Below, piece by piece: positions 1 through 10,494 of a stretch of DNA of 33,248 nucleotides. A model generated the notes under the pieces. The model saw only the letters and a list, made by a program, of their open reading frames with translations, searched no databases and had not been told where the DNA came from. The DNA lies in the NCBI GenBank assembly GCA_009602725.1, contig WELB01000001.1:1797524-1830771 (forward strand). Reading direction: 5' to 3'. Every line of letters starts with the position of its first letter. Position 1 is the first letter of the stretch. The translations under genes and the position numbers were made by a program. Source of the stretch: Spirogloea muscicola (taxonomy: Eukaryota).

Positions 1-396
1 ACTCCAATCAGGCAGGTCGGGGGCAGGCCCAGGAACAGCTGGAGAAGCGTCCGGAATGCTTCAGGGCTGATTTTGAAAGCGTTGTGGATTGCGTGTGTGG
101 TGAGCCAATCCGTTGCCCCAGGCGTTGCGAGCGATGTGAGACGTGCCAGACTCCTTGGATTGGTCTTGATATCCGGCATCGTCCTCAACGCCTTGCGACG
201 CTCGTCCTCAACTGCCGAGTAGGGAGGGAGGCCTGGAGTAAAAGGGGTAAAAAGGTATCACCCGCCCGGTGGTCCTGTCCTGCCAGGGAGCCTGCTGCAT
301 AGAAGTCCACCGGCTCCCCAAGGCTGCGGCGGCCGATAGCGTGGCCGGAAGTTTGTTGAGCAGCTCGAGCCACCTAGCCTTGATCTCTCCTTTCAT
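1..396 (-). mobile_element. Degenerate fragment of a non-LTR retrotransposon (CRE/R2-like RLE superclade), region downstream of the RT domain; continues beyond the window start
   Basis: The minus-strand frame from ~215 to 1 has no stop codon and reads AVEDERRKALRTMPDIKTNPRSLARLTSLATPGATDWLTTHAIHNAFKISPEAFRTLLQLFLGLPPTCLIG. This resembles the ARLxS..P.AG.WL...FR..L.LRLGLP..C pattern preceding the zinc knuckle/endonuclease in these elements. The upstream part (to ~396) needs frameshifts. Confidence 0.65.
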
Positions 397-401
397 GGGT
401 A

Positions 402-840
402 TTTTCGAGTATTTATTACAAACACAGGCCAAATGGCCAAGTATAAAGGCAAGCACATCTGAAGACGTACATCTCACCTTTCATGTTCCATACTTTTTAG
501 AGCTCCCTTTGCCACGGAATTTTCTTTGCCAGCCCCTCTTCTCTTTGGGCGAGCACTTCCTTCTTTCATGGGGTTCGGGTGTTGCGAGTCAAGGGGCCAG
601 ATGATCCAGGCTACTTAATTACTCTTGGTGCGCATGATATAAAAGCGAGGCGAATTCAAGCCAACACATTGTTCAGGCATTGTCCCGGAAGAGTTCTTCC
701 AAATATATAGTTCGTGTATTTGAATCAAACGAAGGCCAAATGGCCTAGTACAAAGGGGGGCAGGGGCTGTGAAAGAAATTGCTCGCCACAGAGAAGAGGG
801 GCTGGGCAAGGCCAGCCCAAAATGAATGGACAAGGCGAGC
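402..840. repeat. Cluster of dispersed repeat modules: A+ (402-470), B- (500-570), C+ (626-680), A+ (711-758), B+ (771-840)
   Basis: A core AGGCCAAATGGCC(A/T)AGTA(T/C)AAAGG, B core GCTCGCC..AGAGAAGAGGGGCTGG and C core GGTGCGCATGA all recur at 9.66-10.28 kb; B and C also recur at 12.8-14.6 kb. Confidence 0.8.
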
Positions 841-883
841 ACAGGGTTGTGAATATGAGTGAAGGAGGCGTTGCCTCACAGGC

Positions 884-3059
884 ATGGCAGCCGCACCCGC
901 GGCCGCCGCTGCTGTCGCCGCCGCCGCCGCTTGCTCCCGCCGTAACGCTGCTTCGGAGCCGCCAAGGCGACCCTACAGATTGCCTGCTTCCCGGACGGCT
1001 GCATTCCGAGACCGACCGACCGTTACTCGCAGCAACACTTTTGCACGGGCTACCAGCGCTGTCCGAGGTCGGGAAGCAGCGGCCATGACTCCGCTAGTGC
1101 TGTCCTTTGCGCCGGCTCGAGACCTTCACGCTGAGTAGCTGTCTCAAGCCGCTAGCGCGCGTGTCCTTGAGTTGCTTACTGCCATCTTAGAGCTCAGACA
1201 ACCCTAACTGGCCATCCTGCTGTGCCTGCAGCGGAGAGCCGCGTAGAGGCGGCCCCTGATAACGGAGCCGGCATCTCTGGACGCGTCGTAGTCATTGACA
1301 ACTACGACAGCTTCACGTACAACCTCTGCCAGGTCTGCCTACATACTCATTGACTTCCATCTGAAACAAGGCTATTGTTGCCCCATCATGGCCACTGCAT
1401 CTGCAGGTAGCCACGTGAAGGGTCTCCCATACGATTCTTTACTACACATGGTTTAGGATCGAGAGTTTGACGTTTAGGGCTCAGGGCTCGGGGTTTAGGG
1501 TGTTCAGGGTTCAGGGTTCAGGGTCGAGGGATTATGGGCTCGGGGCGTGGCGAAACGCCGGCGGGACTTCCTGTACTTCCTCCTGACTATTGAGCACTGC
1601 ATATCTCAAACCTGCAGTACTTGGGAGACCTTGGATGCGACTACATCGTGCACCGCAATGATGAGATTACTGTGGAGCAGCTTACTGAGTGGGTTCTGCA
1701 TTCATAGCTTGTTGTAAGAAGTTGGGAAGGATGAAGGCAACAGGATGCTGCTTTTTTATGACCACGAGGACTTCTGAAGCTTTCAACAAGGAAACAGTCT
1801 ACTTTCTTATCGACGACATTGATGCCATCTCACTCCTTGTCCATGCAGTCTGCGGCCAAGGGGCATCTTGATATCACCAGGCCCTGGTACACTCTCCCTG
1901 ACCATTAGCAGCCCTTGACAGGACACCAGATTATATGTTGCTCAAGCGTGCAACCCATAGTTCGACTTACTTACTGAAGAAGGTACCTAGCAGCTCATTC
2001 TGAGTATTTGAGAGGAAGTCATAACGTCTACAGGTTCTCCAGAGGACTCTGGCATATCTTTGGATACAGTACTCAAGTTGGGGCCAATTGTACCAGTCTT
2101 CGGAGTATGCATGGGCCTCCAGTGTATGGGACAGGCTTTTGGTGGTTAGTCTATCTAACCTGACCCTCAAGTCCATTTTAATCGCAACCAAGCCAGAAAC
2201 AAGCTCTAGAAGGTTGGGAGTCTGTCGCTAAGACCTGGAGGAAGCCCCAGTGGGGTGGCAGTGTCAGTAGGTGCAAGTAGCTCTTAGGCATGGCTAACTG
2301 GCGCTCCTGGCCATTTATGGTGCTGACAAATGCCAACACGAAGTGCAGGAAATATCGTGCGAGCTCCTAATGGTGTCATGCACGGCAAGACCTCAAAGGT
2401 GTATCACAATCAGCATGGAGCGGATGACGGCCTGCTATCAGGTTTACCCAAGTATATGCCCCAGGCTTTCATGGCTATATGATTCTACAAGCACATCCTT
2501 GCCAAGGATACTAAAGTTGCACAATCTCATTGACAGTATTGTCTTGAATAGTATTAATATCTTGGTGACTGCGTGTGCAGCAACTACTGACTGGCAATTG
2601 TGCACTCGGTTGACTGCAGCCCCTTTATAGCATGTCGATATCACAGCTTGGTGGTGGATCGTGAGAGCTTCCCAGACAATGAGCTGGAAATAACTGCCTG
2701 GACAGAAGACAACCTTATCATGGGCATCCGCCACAGGAAGCATCGCTACCTTGAGGTGCACACTCGCCTCTATAAGCACAAAGTAAAGATGAGGTATGAA
2801 GGTGGTCTATGATGGCTGGATGAAGGGTGAGCATTTTCAATAGATGCTTGGCCTCAGAATGATTCAAAATCATGTCCTATGTCAGAGTTGCTACTTCCTC
2901 AGTGACCCCGATGACCCTGCACAGGGAGTGCAGTTCCACCCTGAGAGCATCATCACCCAGAATGGGAAGAAGATAGTGGAGAATTTTGTGCATTCCCTGC
3001 AGCGCTTCGAGCAAGAGCTCCGCGAGGAAGGGTCAATGGCCACACAGTTACCAGCCTGA
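884..3059 (+). CDS. ASB: Anthranilate synthase beta subunit (class I glutamine amidotransferase, TrpG-like) with probable plastid transit peptide; 8 exons
   Basis: Exons ~884-1067, 1232-1332, 1618-1688, 1849-1886, 2034-2144, 2349-2451, 2620-2755 and 2925-3059 join in frame across GT-AG introns. Motifs [33 protein letters not shown] (catalytic Cys), VMHGKTS, RYHSL and GVQFHPES (catalytic His/Glu). Ala/Arg/Ser-rich N-terminus. Confidence 0.95.
1451..1545 (+). repeat. Degenerate telomere-like heptamer tract (TTTAGGG/TTCAGGG) in intron 2 of the ASB gene
   Basis: tttagggctcagggctcggggtttagggtgttcagggttcagggttcagggtcgagggattatgggctcgggg read directly. Confidence 0.8.
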
Positions 3060-3509
3060 ATTGCCGGCAGGTGTTACCTTGGTGCTCTTGACAATCAGCA
3101 ACGCAAACTAAGTTTTGTAACAGATATTTCCAGCATGCTGTGCAAAAGCTTCGCAAGGAAGGGTGAATGGCAACACAACTGCCAGCCTGATAACTTACTA
3201 CTACACTGTTACAACAGCCCCTGACAATAGTCGTCACAACTTTGTGACGACTCTTGTCAATACTTGTTATAGCCGCGTGGAGGTATCCATGAAGTGTAGC
3301 AAGTAAAGCAGATGGTAATCATACTCTTTAGTCACAGGAACTTCGAGATATTGGGCTTATTAGACGTCAAGTCATCAGACCTCAGGCCTGTATTCACTTC
3401 AACGTCTTATTTTGTGAAGAGCAATGACGCCAATATGGGCGTCTCACGCAAGTATTCAACCCAAAGGCACTTCCTTTTTGGGGTGCCAGATGCCCAGCCA
3501 GCAGTGCTG

Positions 3510-4866
3510 TCACAATGGTCTGTGCGGTCTTGGGGCTGCATTGAGAAGGGCAATGCCAGGGTTAGAGTTGCCGGTTGACGCTACGAATTCTGCTCTGAGG
3601 TGGCATAGCAGATTGTAAGTTCCACATGAGAAGTGCATGAGGAGAACACTGGCAGTGGGAGGCCTAAGAATCTCTGCTAGAAGCGTGTATGACTATACCA
3701 TTTGGATTGCCGTGCTCATAGAAGCTCTGGAAGAGCTCAATGGCCTCATCTGCTAATATCCCACCGACGCACACTAGTGCGGGAGCTGTTGTGCCTAAGG
3801 ATTTCTCGCGCGAGTCAACTGAAGCACTGCAGTGAGACATTGGAGGGTAATTTGAGCAAGTATTCTGTGATGTCAAGTGCCATCCCAGTTTCTTGCCATG
3901 GTTACGTGACAAAGTTGTACCTTTTGCCGCATGGCCCAGAGCCGGCTACGTTCAAGTGCAGTACAGCCCCACAGCCTCCAAAACGATAATTTGCGCACCC
4001 AAAATACACCTTGCGCAAGCCTGCCTCAATTCACTGATGACGAGTCATGCCTATGTTCCTGCACGATGAGGACCGCATGCAAGCATGAGCTATTTTGACG
4101 TATCCTCTCCCTGTGACTTGTCAGGAGTTGCCACAGCACTATTGTCAAGCAGCACTTGAAGATACTGAGGACAGCTTGCCAGCATACAGTCTGCTTGCAG
4201 AATTCTTCTGTGAAGTAGGATGTCCTGTCATGTACACACACAGCGTAAACGTGTCTCACCGAGTATTGACAAGGCAGCCGAGCACATGATGCAAGGCTCG
4301 CAGGTTACGTAGAGCTCGCTATCTTGCAGCAAAGCGGCCAGGTCCTCTTGGCGACTGGCTCCAGATGTGCGCCACTGCTTCAGAAGATCATCAAACGCCT
4401 CCATCTCGGCGTGCCTTGTTGCCTGTGACAATGGACAGCCAGGCTGCCAGCTGGAAAGATTTGCAGACTGATCTTGGTGGGGATTCACTGCATGGGCTGC
4501 AGGTCGCGAATGCCGTCCACTCGTTTGTATGCATCCTCTCACACACGAAGCTGCTCGAGTGCAGGGCAATCAGAACAATACATTGCGCATCTCATTTGTG
4601 CGGTTGCTGCCTCGCCCAATGACCTCGTCATGGTGCACAATCACGCAACTGGGAAAACACACAGCATTGACCAAACACCGTCACTCAAGCATGTCAAAGT
4701 GTCGCAGGCTCGACGGTACGTGACCGTCTGCGTCTGCGCAAGCAGCTCTAGGCGAGCTTCTGAGGCCGTCTGCTGATGCTGAGGGGAGGTCAGAAGACCG
4801 CGGCAGAAGGTGATACGCAGCGGCTCACCCGACCGGGACTTCGGCCCTCGCGAGCGCGGCGCGGGA
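3510..4866 (-). CDS. TAD2: tRNA-specific adenosine-34 deaminase catalytic subunit (TAD2/ADAT2); first exon not identified
   Basis: Spliced minus-strand exons give ALARAEVPVG / CVIVHHDEVIGRGSNRTNEMRN / ATRHAEMEA...LYVTCEPCIMCSAALSILG / LRKVYFGCANYRFGGCG / GILADEAIELFQSFYEHGNPN / APRPHRPL*. HAE and PCxxC zinc motifs are intact. Confidence 0.93.
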
Positions 4867-5034
4867 CTGCATGGCACGCGGGCGCAGGGCTTGTCGCGGA
4901 CTTAGATGGGCATGCGTCAGCCACCCTGTTGGCAACTCGATGCCGATGCCGAGCGTGAAGCCTGCCATAAGGCCGGTCGCTGATACCCGCGCAAGTCAGG
5001 GACATCGGCGAGCGCAGACGGGATGCCGCGTGGA

Positions 5035-5070
<36 letters not shown>

Positions 5071-5256
5071 TGGCAGGGCACGTCGTGCTGGTGGCAGTGG
5101 CCACACTGGCCGTGCAGGGCGCGCTCGCCTGCATCGGGCAGGCCTTCTGGCAGACGTGCGGCGTGGACTGGGGCCCGCCGCGGCCTCCGCCGCAGCGCGC
5201 GCTGCTAGTGGTGGGCACCGTGCTGGCCGCCCTCCTGCCGCTGCTGCTCCTCGCCN

Positions 5257-6837
5257 CGGGGCCGGATCTGCGGCGCGAGGCGCTGGCGCTGATGGACGAG
5301 CGCGGCGCGGTGGAGGCGGAGATCGCGGCGGCGTCGGCGCGGCTGGCCGCCGGCCCGGGCCTGGCCGGCAACCTCCTCGACGCCGAGGTCTCTCGCGGGC
5401 CCCCCTGCGCTGCGCTCTTGACGGCGGCCATGCCCTCGTCGCCGACGCCTGCGCTCTTACGAGTCCCCGCGCTCAGCTTCTTCTGGCGGCGGCGGCATGA
5501 GCTCAGGCTGCCGGCGTGCCTGCTGACGATGGAACCCCTGTCCGGGCGTGTGCTGTGGCGCTGCGCTTTTGCAGGGCTTCCCCCGCGCCGACGTCAATAT
5601 CGCCGCCGTGCGCGCGGACCGCCACCGCTTGGCAGGTGGGCGGGCGTGCTGCCGCCGCGATTGGTGTGCCCGCCCCCACGGCTTTGGTTTTGGTCGGCTG
5701 CCTGCGACGTCCACGGCAAGCCAGCAGCGAGCCTGAGGCGCGTGCCGCGCTCGCCTCCCTGCAGTGCTGCACACGGACCACAAGGCAATGACCGCGCGGA
5801 TCGAGCGCTACCTGCAGGAGCTGCACGCTTCTGCGCCGCGCTCGGCGGCGGCGGCCGCAGAGAGGGCCACAGGTTTGTCTTCTCACGAGGATCAAAGGTT
5901 AGGAAGTAGGTCCAGACTTGGGGTCCAGGATACACATTGGGGTTTCCTTGCTTTTGAGTGGGTCAGCGTCAATATGTCGTAGCCAGCAGAGCAAGCGCCA
6001 ATCAAAGACCCACAGCACTGCAATCAAGATGCTGGTGCAGAGTTGCAACACAGCGTTGCTTCTTGCTTCCTCTGATGTTGCTTGACTGTGCCGGCGCAGC
6101 TAATCCAGCAACTCGAACGACACAGCAAATAGCGGAGCGTCCGGCGGAGGCCGCCACAAATAGCTCAGTCGCCTCCTCAGCTGATTCAGCCACGGCCTAC
6201 CGTGCCCCCGTGAGGCAGCAGCAAGCTGCATCGGGGGATGGGCGGGCCATGGTGGAAGATGAGCAAGGAAAGGGGTCTGGGATCGGCCAGCAACCGTTTG
6301 CGGTGATCGACGATGTGACCGCTGGATCTCCTGGCCAACGTGATGGCCTGATGCTGGGAGATCAGATGGTCGCATTCGGCGACATCGTCGCTGGGCCTGA
6401 CTGCATACCAAGCGTGGCGAGGGAACTACAGGTATGGTGAAGCTTAGGGAGGCAATTCGTAACACTTTACTTCATGGCACCCGTGTGCTACGCTTGCCGC
6501 GCAACTTCTGATGTCTCATCTCAATCAAATCAAATCAAATCATCTCAAGCGGTCGCACCATGACTTCCATGTGGCTAACTAGGGGTCTGCCTTTATTGCT
6601 CGCAGAGATGTGAGGATCAGCTGGTGCAAATCGTTGTCCTGCGAAGGGGAGAGCTGACACAGCTGCAGGTGACGCCAAGGAGGTGGGCTGGACGAGGCCT
6701 CCTTGGGTAATCCTCTCAACTGCCCTTTGCTCCTTGTGGAAGCAAGCCGTATTACCAATGATATCCTGACCTTGCCAATTGTCCTCCTTCCACTGACCTC
6801 CTTTGCACGTGACAGGTGTCACCTGCATGTCCTCTGA
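5257..6837 (+). CDS. PSMD9: 26S proteasome regulatory-particle chaperone PSMD9/Nas2/p27 (N-terminal helical domain plus PDZ); start codon lost at the n at 5256
   Basis: Exons ~5257-5387, 5575-5635, 5765-5872, 6100-6431, 6606-6706 and 6816-6837 give GPGLAGNLLDAE/GFPRADVNIAAVR, PFAVIDDVTAGSPGQRDGLMLGD and VTPRRWAGRGLLG/CHLHVL*. Confidence 0.93.
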
Positions 6838-7090
6838 CCTGGAGATCATGCGGATGGTGGACACGGTTGTTTTGCCTACATGGTAGCCTTTCACATTCAA
6901 TCCAGCAGGCAGAAGCAGGTGTTGATGACCAAGAGGCCATTCCCCAAATTTATGTACATACCCTCACCTCTATAACAGTTAGTCAAGGTTGATGGTTGCC
7001 CAAGAAATGTATCGACCTCAACCTTTATACCCTGCCAGGTTGCCTATTCGACCAGTTTACTATACATCTCAAGCTCAAGCTCCTGCAAAG

Positions 7091-9149
7091 TCAGGAGCTA
7101 CTCAAATGGTCGCTGCGCTCTAACCACAACGATGCTAGCTCGTTCCCTTGTGCTGCAGCAGCCTCAAATGCATCTCTTGCTGCTGCTTTTTCATTGTCAG
7201 TCAACTCATTTGAGTGACCCCTGGACGCTGTTTCTGTTTCTGGTCTGAGAGTGGTTGACAATCCTGTCATCACCAAGAGCTCCTTGTCATGCGAATGCTG
7301 TCAACTGGAAACCTCTGGTGCGCATGCCTTGAAGTCAGTCTTTGAATGAAGTGACTCATGAGCTTGTCTTCTAGCTTGCCTGGATCAACATCTCCGGTCA
7401 TGTATATGATTCAACTGCAAGTGCTCCTGTCAGCAGTGCAGTACTCACCGTTGGCTATAAGAGCGCCACACAATGTTGCCGAGGCTGCGTGACCCTGTCA
7501 CAGAAATCATATAATTAGTGATATTTGCAAGACATGAGGATGAGGGCTCCTCAGCCTGCCCCATGTAGCTGTGATTGGCAGCACAATAAGTGTCAACGAG
7601 ATGCAACACCTGCACTCTTTGAGGCAACTGTGCTCTTAGTGCATAGCAAGGGTTGCGCTTGTACCCTCTTAGCTGCAATGCTTAAGTACATTTCTGCGGA
7701 CGCCACATCACGAGGAATGCCGTTGCCAGTGAATAGAGCAGCTGCTAAGAGGAACAAGGCATCTGCATGCCCCTTCGACACCCGAACACAATAATCCGGA
7801 GTCAATATTAGAAACACGGTCATGATTCAGCTGCATGTATCAAGGTGACACGTGATACCTTGCAGACATAAATTGTTGAACAAGGAGCAGCTGCATGCAA
7901 GAAGTTCAGGTCCTTTACATACCTCCTGGGCAGCAGCTTTCAGGTACTGGAAGCTTGTCGCCTGTAGATATTTGCTGCCAGATCGCAAGGCCTGCGTATA
8001 CGAAGCAAAGGCATTCCCGTTAGCTGTCTTGACATGAATGTTACGAACGTCTAATATCAGACCCTCTCAGCAATCACTGTGAAAGCAAGGCTAGGTGGCG
8101 AACTCTAGAAAGTCTTCACCTGTTCCCTGTAATGTACTCCACAGTCAAATCGCGCAAGGCTGTCGCCCAACTCAGCTGCTCTCTTCAACAGCACCTCTCC
8201 CCTGCTCGAGTTCGTCAAGATATGACCTTCAGCTGGCAAGAAGACCGAGCTCGTGGACTTGGGTAGCAGCTACCCTGAATGTGCGACACATGTTCAGAGT
8301 GAACATGCACCAAGCATCAACCATGCATCCAACATCAACATCGACAAGATCATCGAAGATAGGCAGATGGTGCTAAGGTTGGAAAGAACGACCAAGGATC
8401 TCTCTGATTTTGGTGCAAGAAGAAGATGTATGCTTGGTGCCAAGAAGTGCTGGGGTCAGGAAGGGGAGGTTGCGGGAGCAGACATGGCAACAGAGAAGCG
8501 GGAGTCGGAGGCAAAGTCGAAGTGAAGGTGGGCAAGCTGGCGCATGGCAGCCGTAGTGCTGCTGTCCAGTGCCAAGGCGAGCTCAAAGGCCTCCTTTGCT
8601 TGCTGCTCCAGTTGCACAATCGGCTCCACTGGCTGTCAGTCGCATACCTGAGGGCAATGGGACTTGGACAGGTCTACTGATGGTCACAAGACTTGCAGCA
8701 GGCCTGGCAGCAAGTAACGCACCCGCAGAGCGTGAAAGACGCGAGGGTCCGTCGGGTGCATGGCGCGGGCCATGTCTGCATGCTTGGAGCCCTTGACCGT
8801 GGCCACTTCATGCTGTGCAGGAAGCTCCTCTGGGCATCCCGCGGCCTCCGGCGGGCCCTCGACGCGAGAGGCCTGACGACAGGGGAAGGAGCACAAAGTC
8901 AGTCAGCCGGCGCCCCGAGGCCTCCCCGAGCTCCGTAGTACAAGCTGCTGGCAGGCGCAGCTCTGCAACGACGTCTTGCCAGCTGCTCTGAGAGGGGCAT
9001 GGCGTGTCGTCGCGCCGCAGAAGATGGAGGGCGGTCACGCTCACCTTGGTTGACAAGCTGCAGCGTTGGCAGGCGGCGCCGCCTCCAGGCGCAGCTGCCC
9101 ACAGGGCCCGCGCGAGAGCTGCGGCAGCCGCAGCACTTCTCCGCAGCAT
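7091..9149 (-). CDS. Sel1-like repeat (HCP/TPR-like) protein with probable mitochondrial targeting peptide; multi-exon, internal exon structure only partly resolved
   Basis: N-terminus MLRRSAAAAAALARALW follows an AG acceptor. Sel1-type segments FQYLKAAAQE/GHADALFLLAAALFTGNGIPRDVASAEMYLSIAAKR/GHAASATLCGAL and ARDAFEAAAAQGNELASLWL. Confidence 0.75.
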
Positions 9150-9155
9150 CCCTGT

Positions 9156-9220
9156 ACCCTAAATCTTTGAACCTAAACCCTAACCTTGAGCACTTCAAAC
9201 CCTGAATCCCAAAGCCCAAG
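9156..9220 (-). repeat. Telo-box/telomere-like degenerate tract at the 3' end of a probable 5' intron of the Sel1-repeat gene
   Basis: The + strand reads accctaaa...aacctaaaccctaaccttg...aaaccctgaatcccaaagccc and contains AAACCCTAA. On the minus strand it runs into TACAG|GG-ATG. Confidence 0.65.
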
Positions 9221-9656
9221 TCCGAAAGGCGCAGGTCAGCCGGAGGAGCTCGGCGAGGCTGCGGTCTGCGGCGGCGGGCAGACATGCGAAGCACGAGCGG
9301 ACCAGGCTGCTAAGCGCGGCCGGCCTCGGCGGCTGCCGGGGCGGGGTGCTCGCGCCCGCCGGCTGCGTCTGTGCACAGACCGTGGCGATGGCGCGCCCCA
9401 CGTCGGCCCCTGCACGGCGGCACTCGGAGTGCCGCGGGGCGGGAACCAGGAGTGCCGTCGCGAGGGCCTCGAGGCAAGTGGCACTAGGCGCGCGGCGGCG
9501 GCGGCGGCGGCGTAGGCGGCGGCGGCTGGCTCGCGGGGTCGCCGGGCAGGGGGGAGCTGACGGAGCTGGGCCGGGCAGGAACGGCCGAGAGGCGGGGCAC
9601 GGGTCTCGGCCCCAAGTACGCCCGCTGGTGACCCGCCCCAGCTGCGTAGCAGCAAG

Positions 9657-10284
9657 CGATGAACATCCGTCAGTGTGCTTGCCATCGTACTTGGCCACTC
9701 AGGCCCTCCATCATTCAATACACACACTCCATCAGAGCCTTCTGTCTGTCACCTTAGCCATCTTAGCATACTCCTCCAACTAATGAAGCCCCAAAAATTG
9801 TACTAGCTTTTTGCCTGAACACTGCATTGGCTCCACTTGGCCACCCTTTCATTTCATGCGCACCGCGTTCTCTCTTTCTTTCGTCTTCGGCGGGGAAAGA
9901 AAGCGCGGCCACATTAACTGGTGGCTGGGAGAGGCCAGCCCAAAGGAATGCACTAGGTCTGAAGGAGCCGGAGTGCTAAGGACTAAGACATCAGCAAGGG
10001 GAGGCTCGGCGGGGAGGGCTCGTGCATCGCTTTGTGTCTAGTTGTGTAAGTGTTGTTTCCGGCACCTATTTTGGCTTTGGATTTGTCCTTTCTTTTGGGC
10101 TGGCGTTGCCAGCTCCTCTTCTCTAAGATGATGGACGTCTCTAGATGATGTGCTTCCCTGTGTACTTGGCCGTTTACACGGAATACACGAAACTCCTCGC
10201 TCGCCCTTAGAGAAGAGATTTTCTTGTATCTGAAACAAACAAAGGCCAAATGGCTAAGTACAAAGGGAAGCACATCTAGAGACG
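9657..10284. repeat. Second cluster of A/B/C modules in the divergent intergenic region: A- (9657-9726), C- (9790-9882), partial B+ (9920-9957), B- (10082-10127), A- (10134-10192), A+ (10220-10284)
   Basis: Direct and reverse-complement matches to 402-840 and 13.5-14.6 kb, e.g. aaaggccaaatggctaagtacaaagggaagcacatct (10241) vs acaggccaaatggccaagtataaaggcaagcacatct (424). Confidence 0.8.
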
Positions 10285-10494
10285 AGCCCTTCTCTCGTGC
10301 CACTGATCGGCGCCGTATCTGTAACTTAAGACCACGATGGGAGAATGGGCCACAACGCAGCCCCCACCAGACGTCAACTCGAAAGAGCATTGAAAGAGCG
10401 CCGTTCAATCCCAGCACTCAAAACCAAACGCGCTTGGCCCGCCCCTCGCCAAGCGCGGGCAGCCAGGGCTCCCCGTCGGGCCCTGCTGGTGCGC

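Noticed and set aside
402..470. Module A as a spliced-leader or snRNA gene
   Set aside because: No conserved donor plus Sm-site arrangement or Pol III boxes is visible, and the copies diverge with indels.
6521..6541. (TCAAA)n in a PSMD9 intron; also (GACCTT)n near 18841-18868 and a 14-bp tandem repeat near 12765-12796
   Set aside because: Short simple repeats with no sign of function.
9186..9783. Overlapping Arg/Ala/Pro-rich ORFs on both strands (similarly 14493-15336 and 4790-5500)
   Set aside because: Expected by-products of stop-poor GC-rich 5' regions; no domain motifs.
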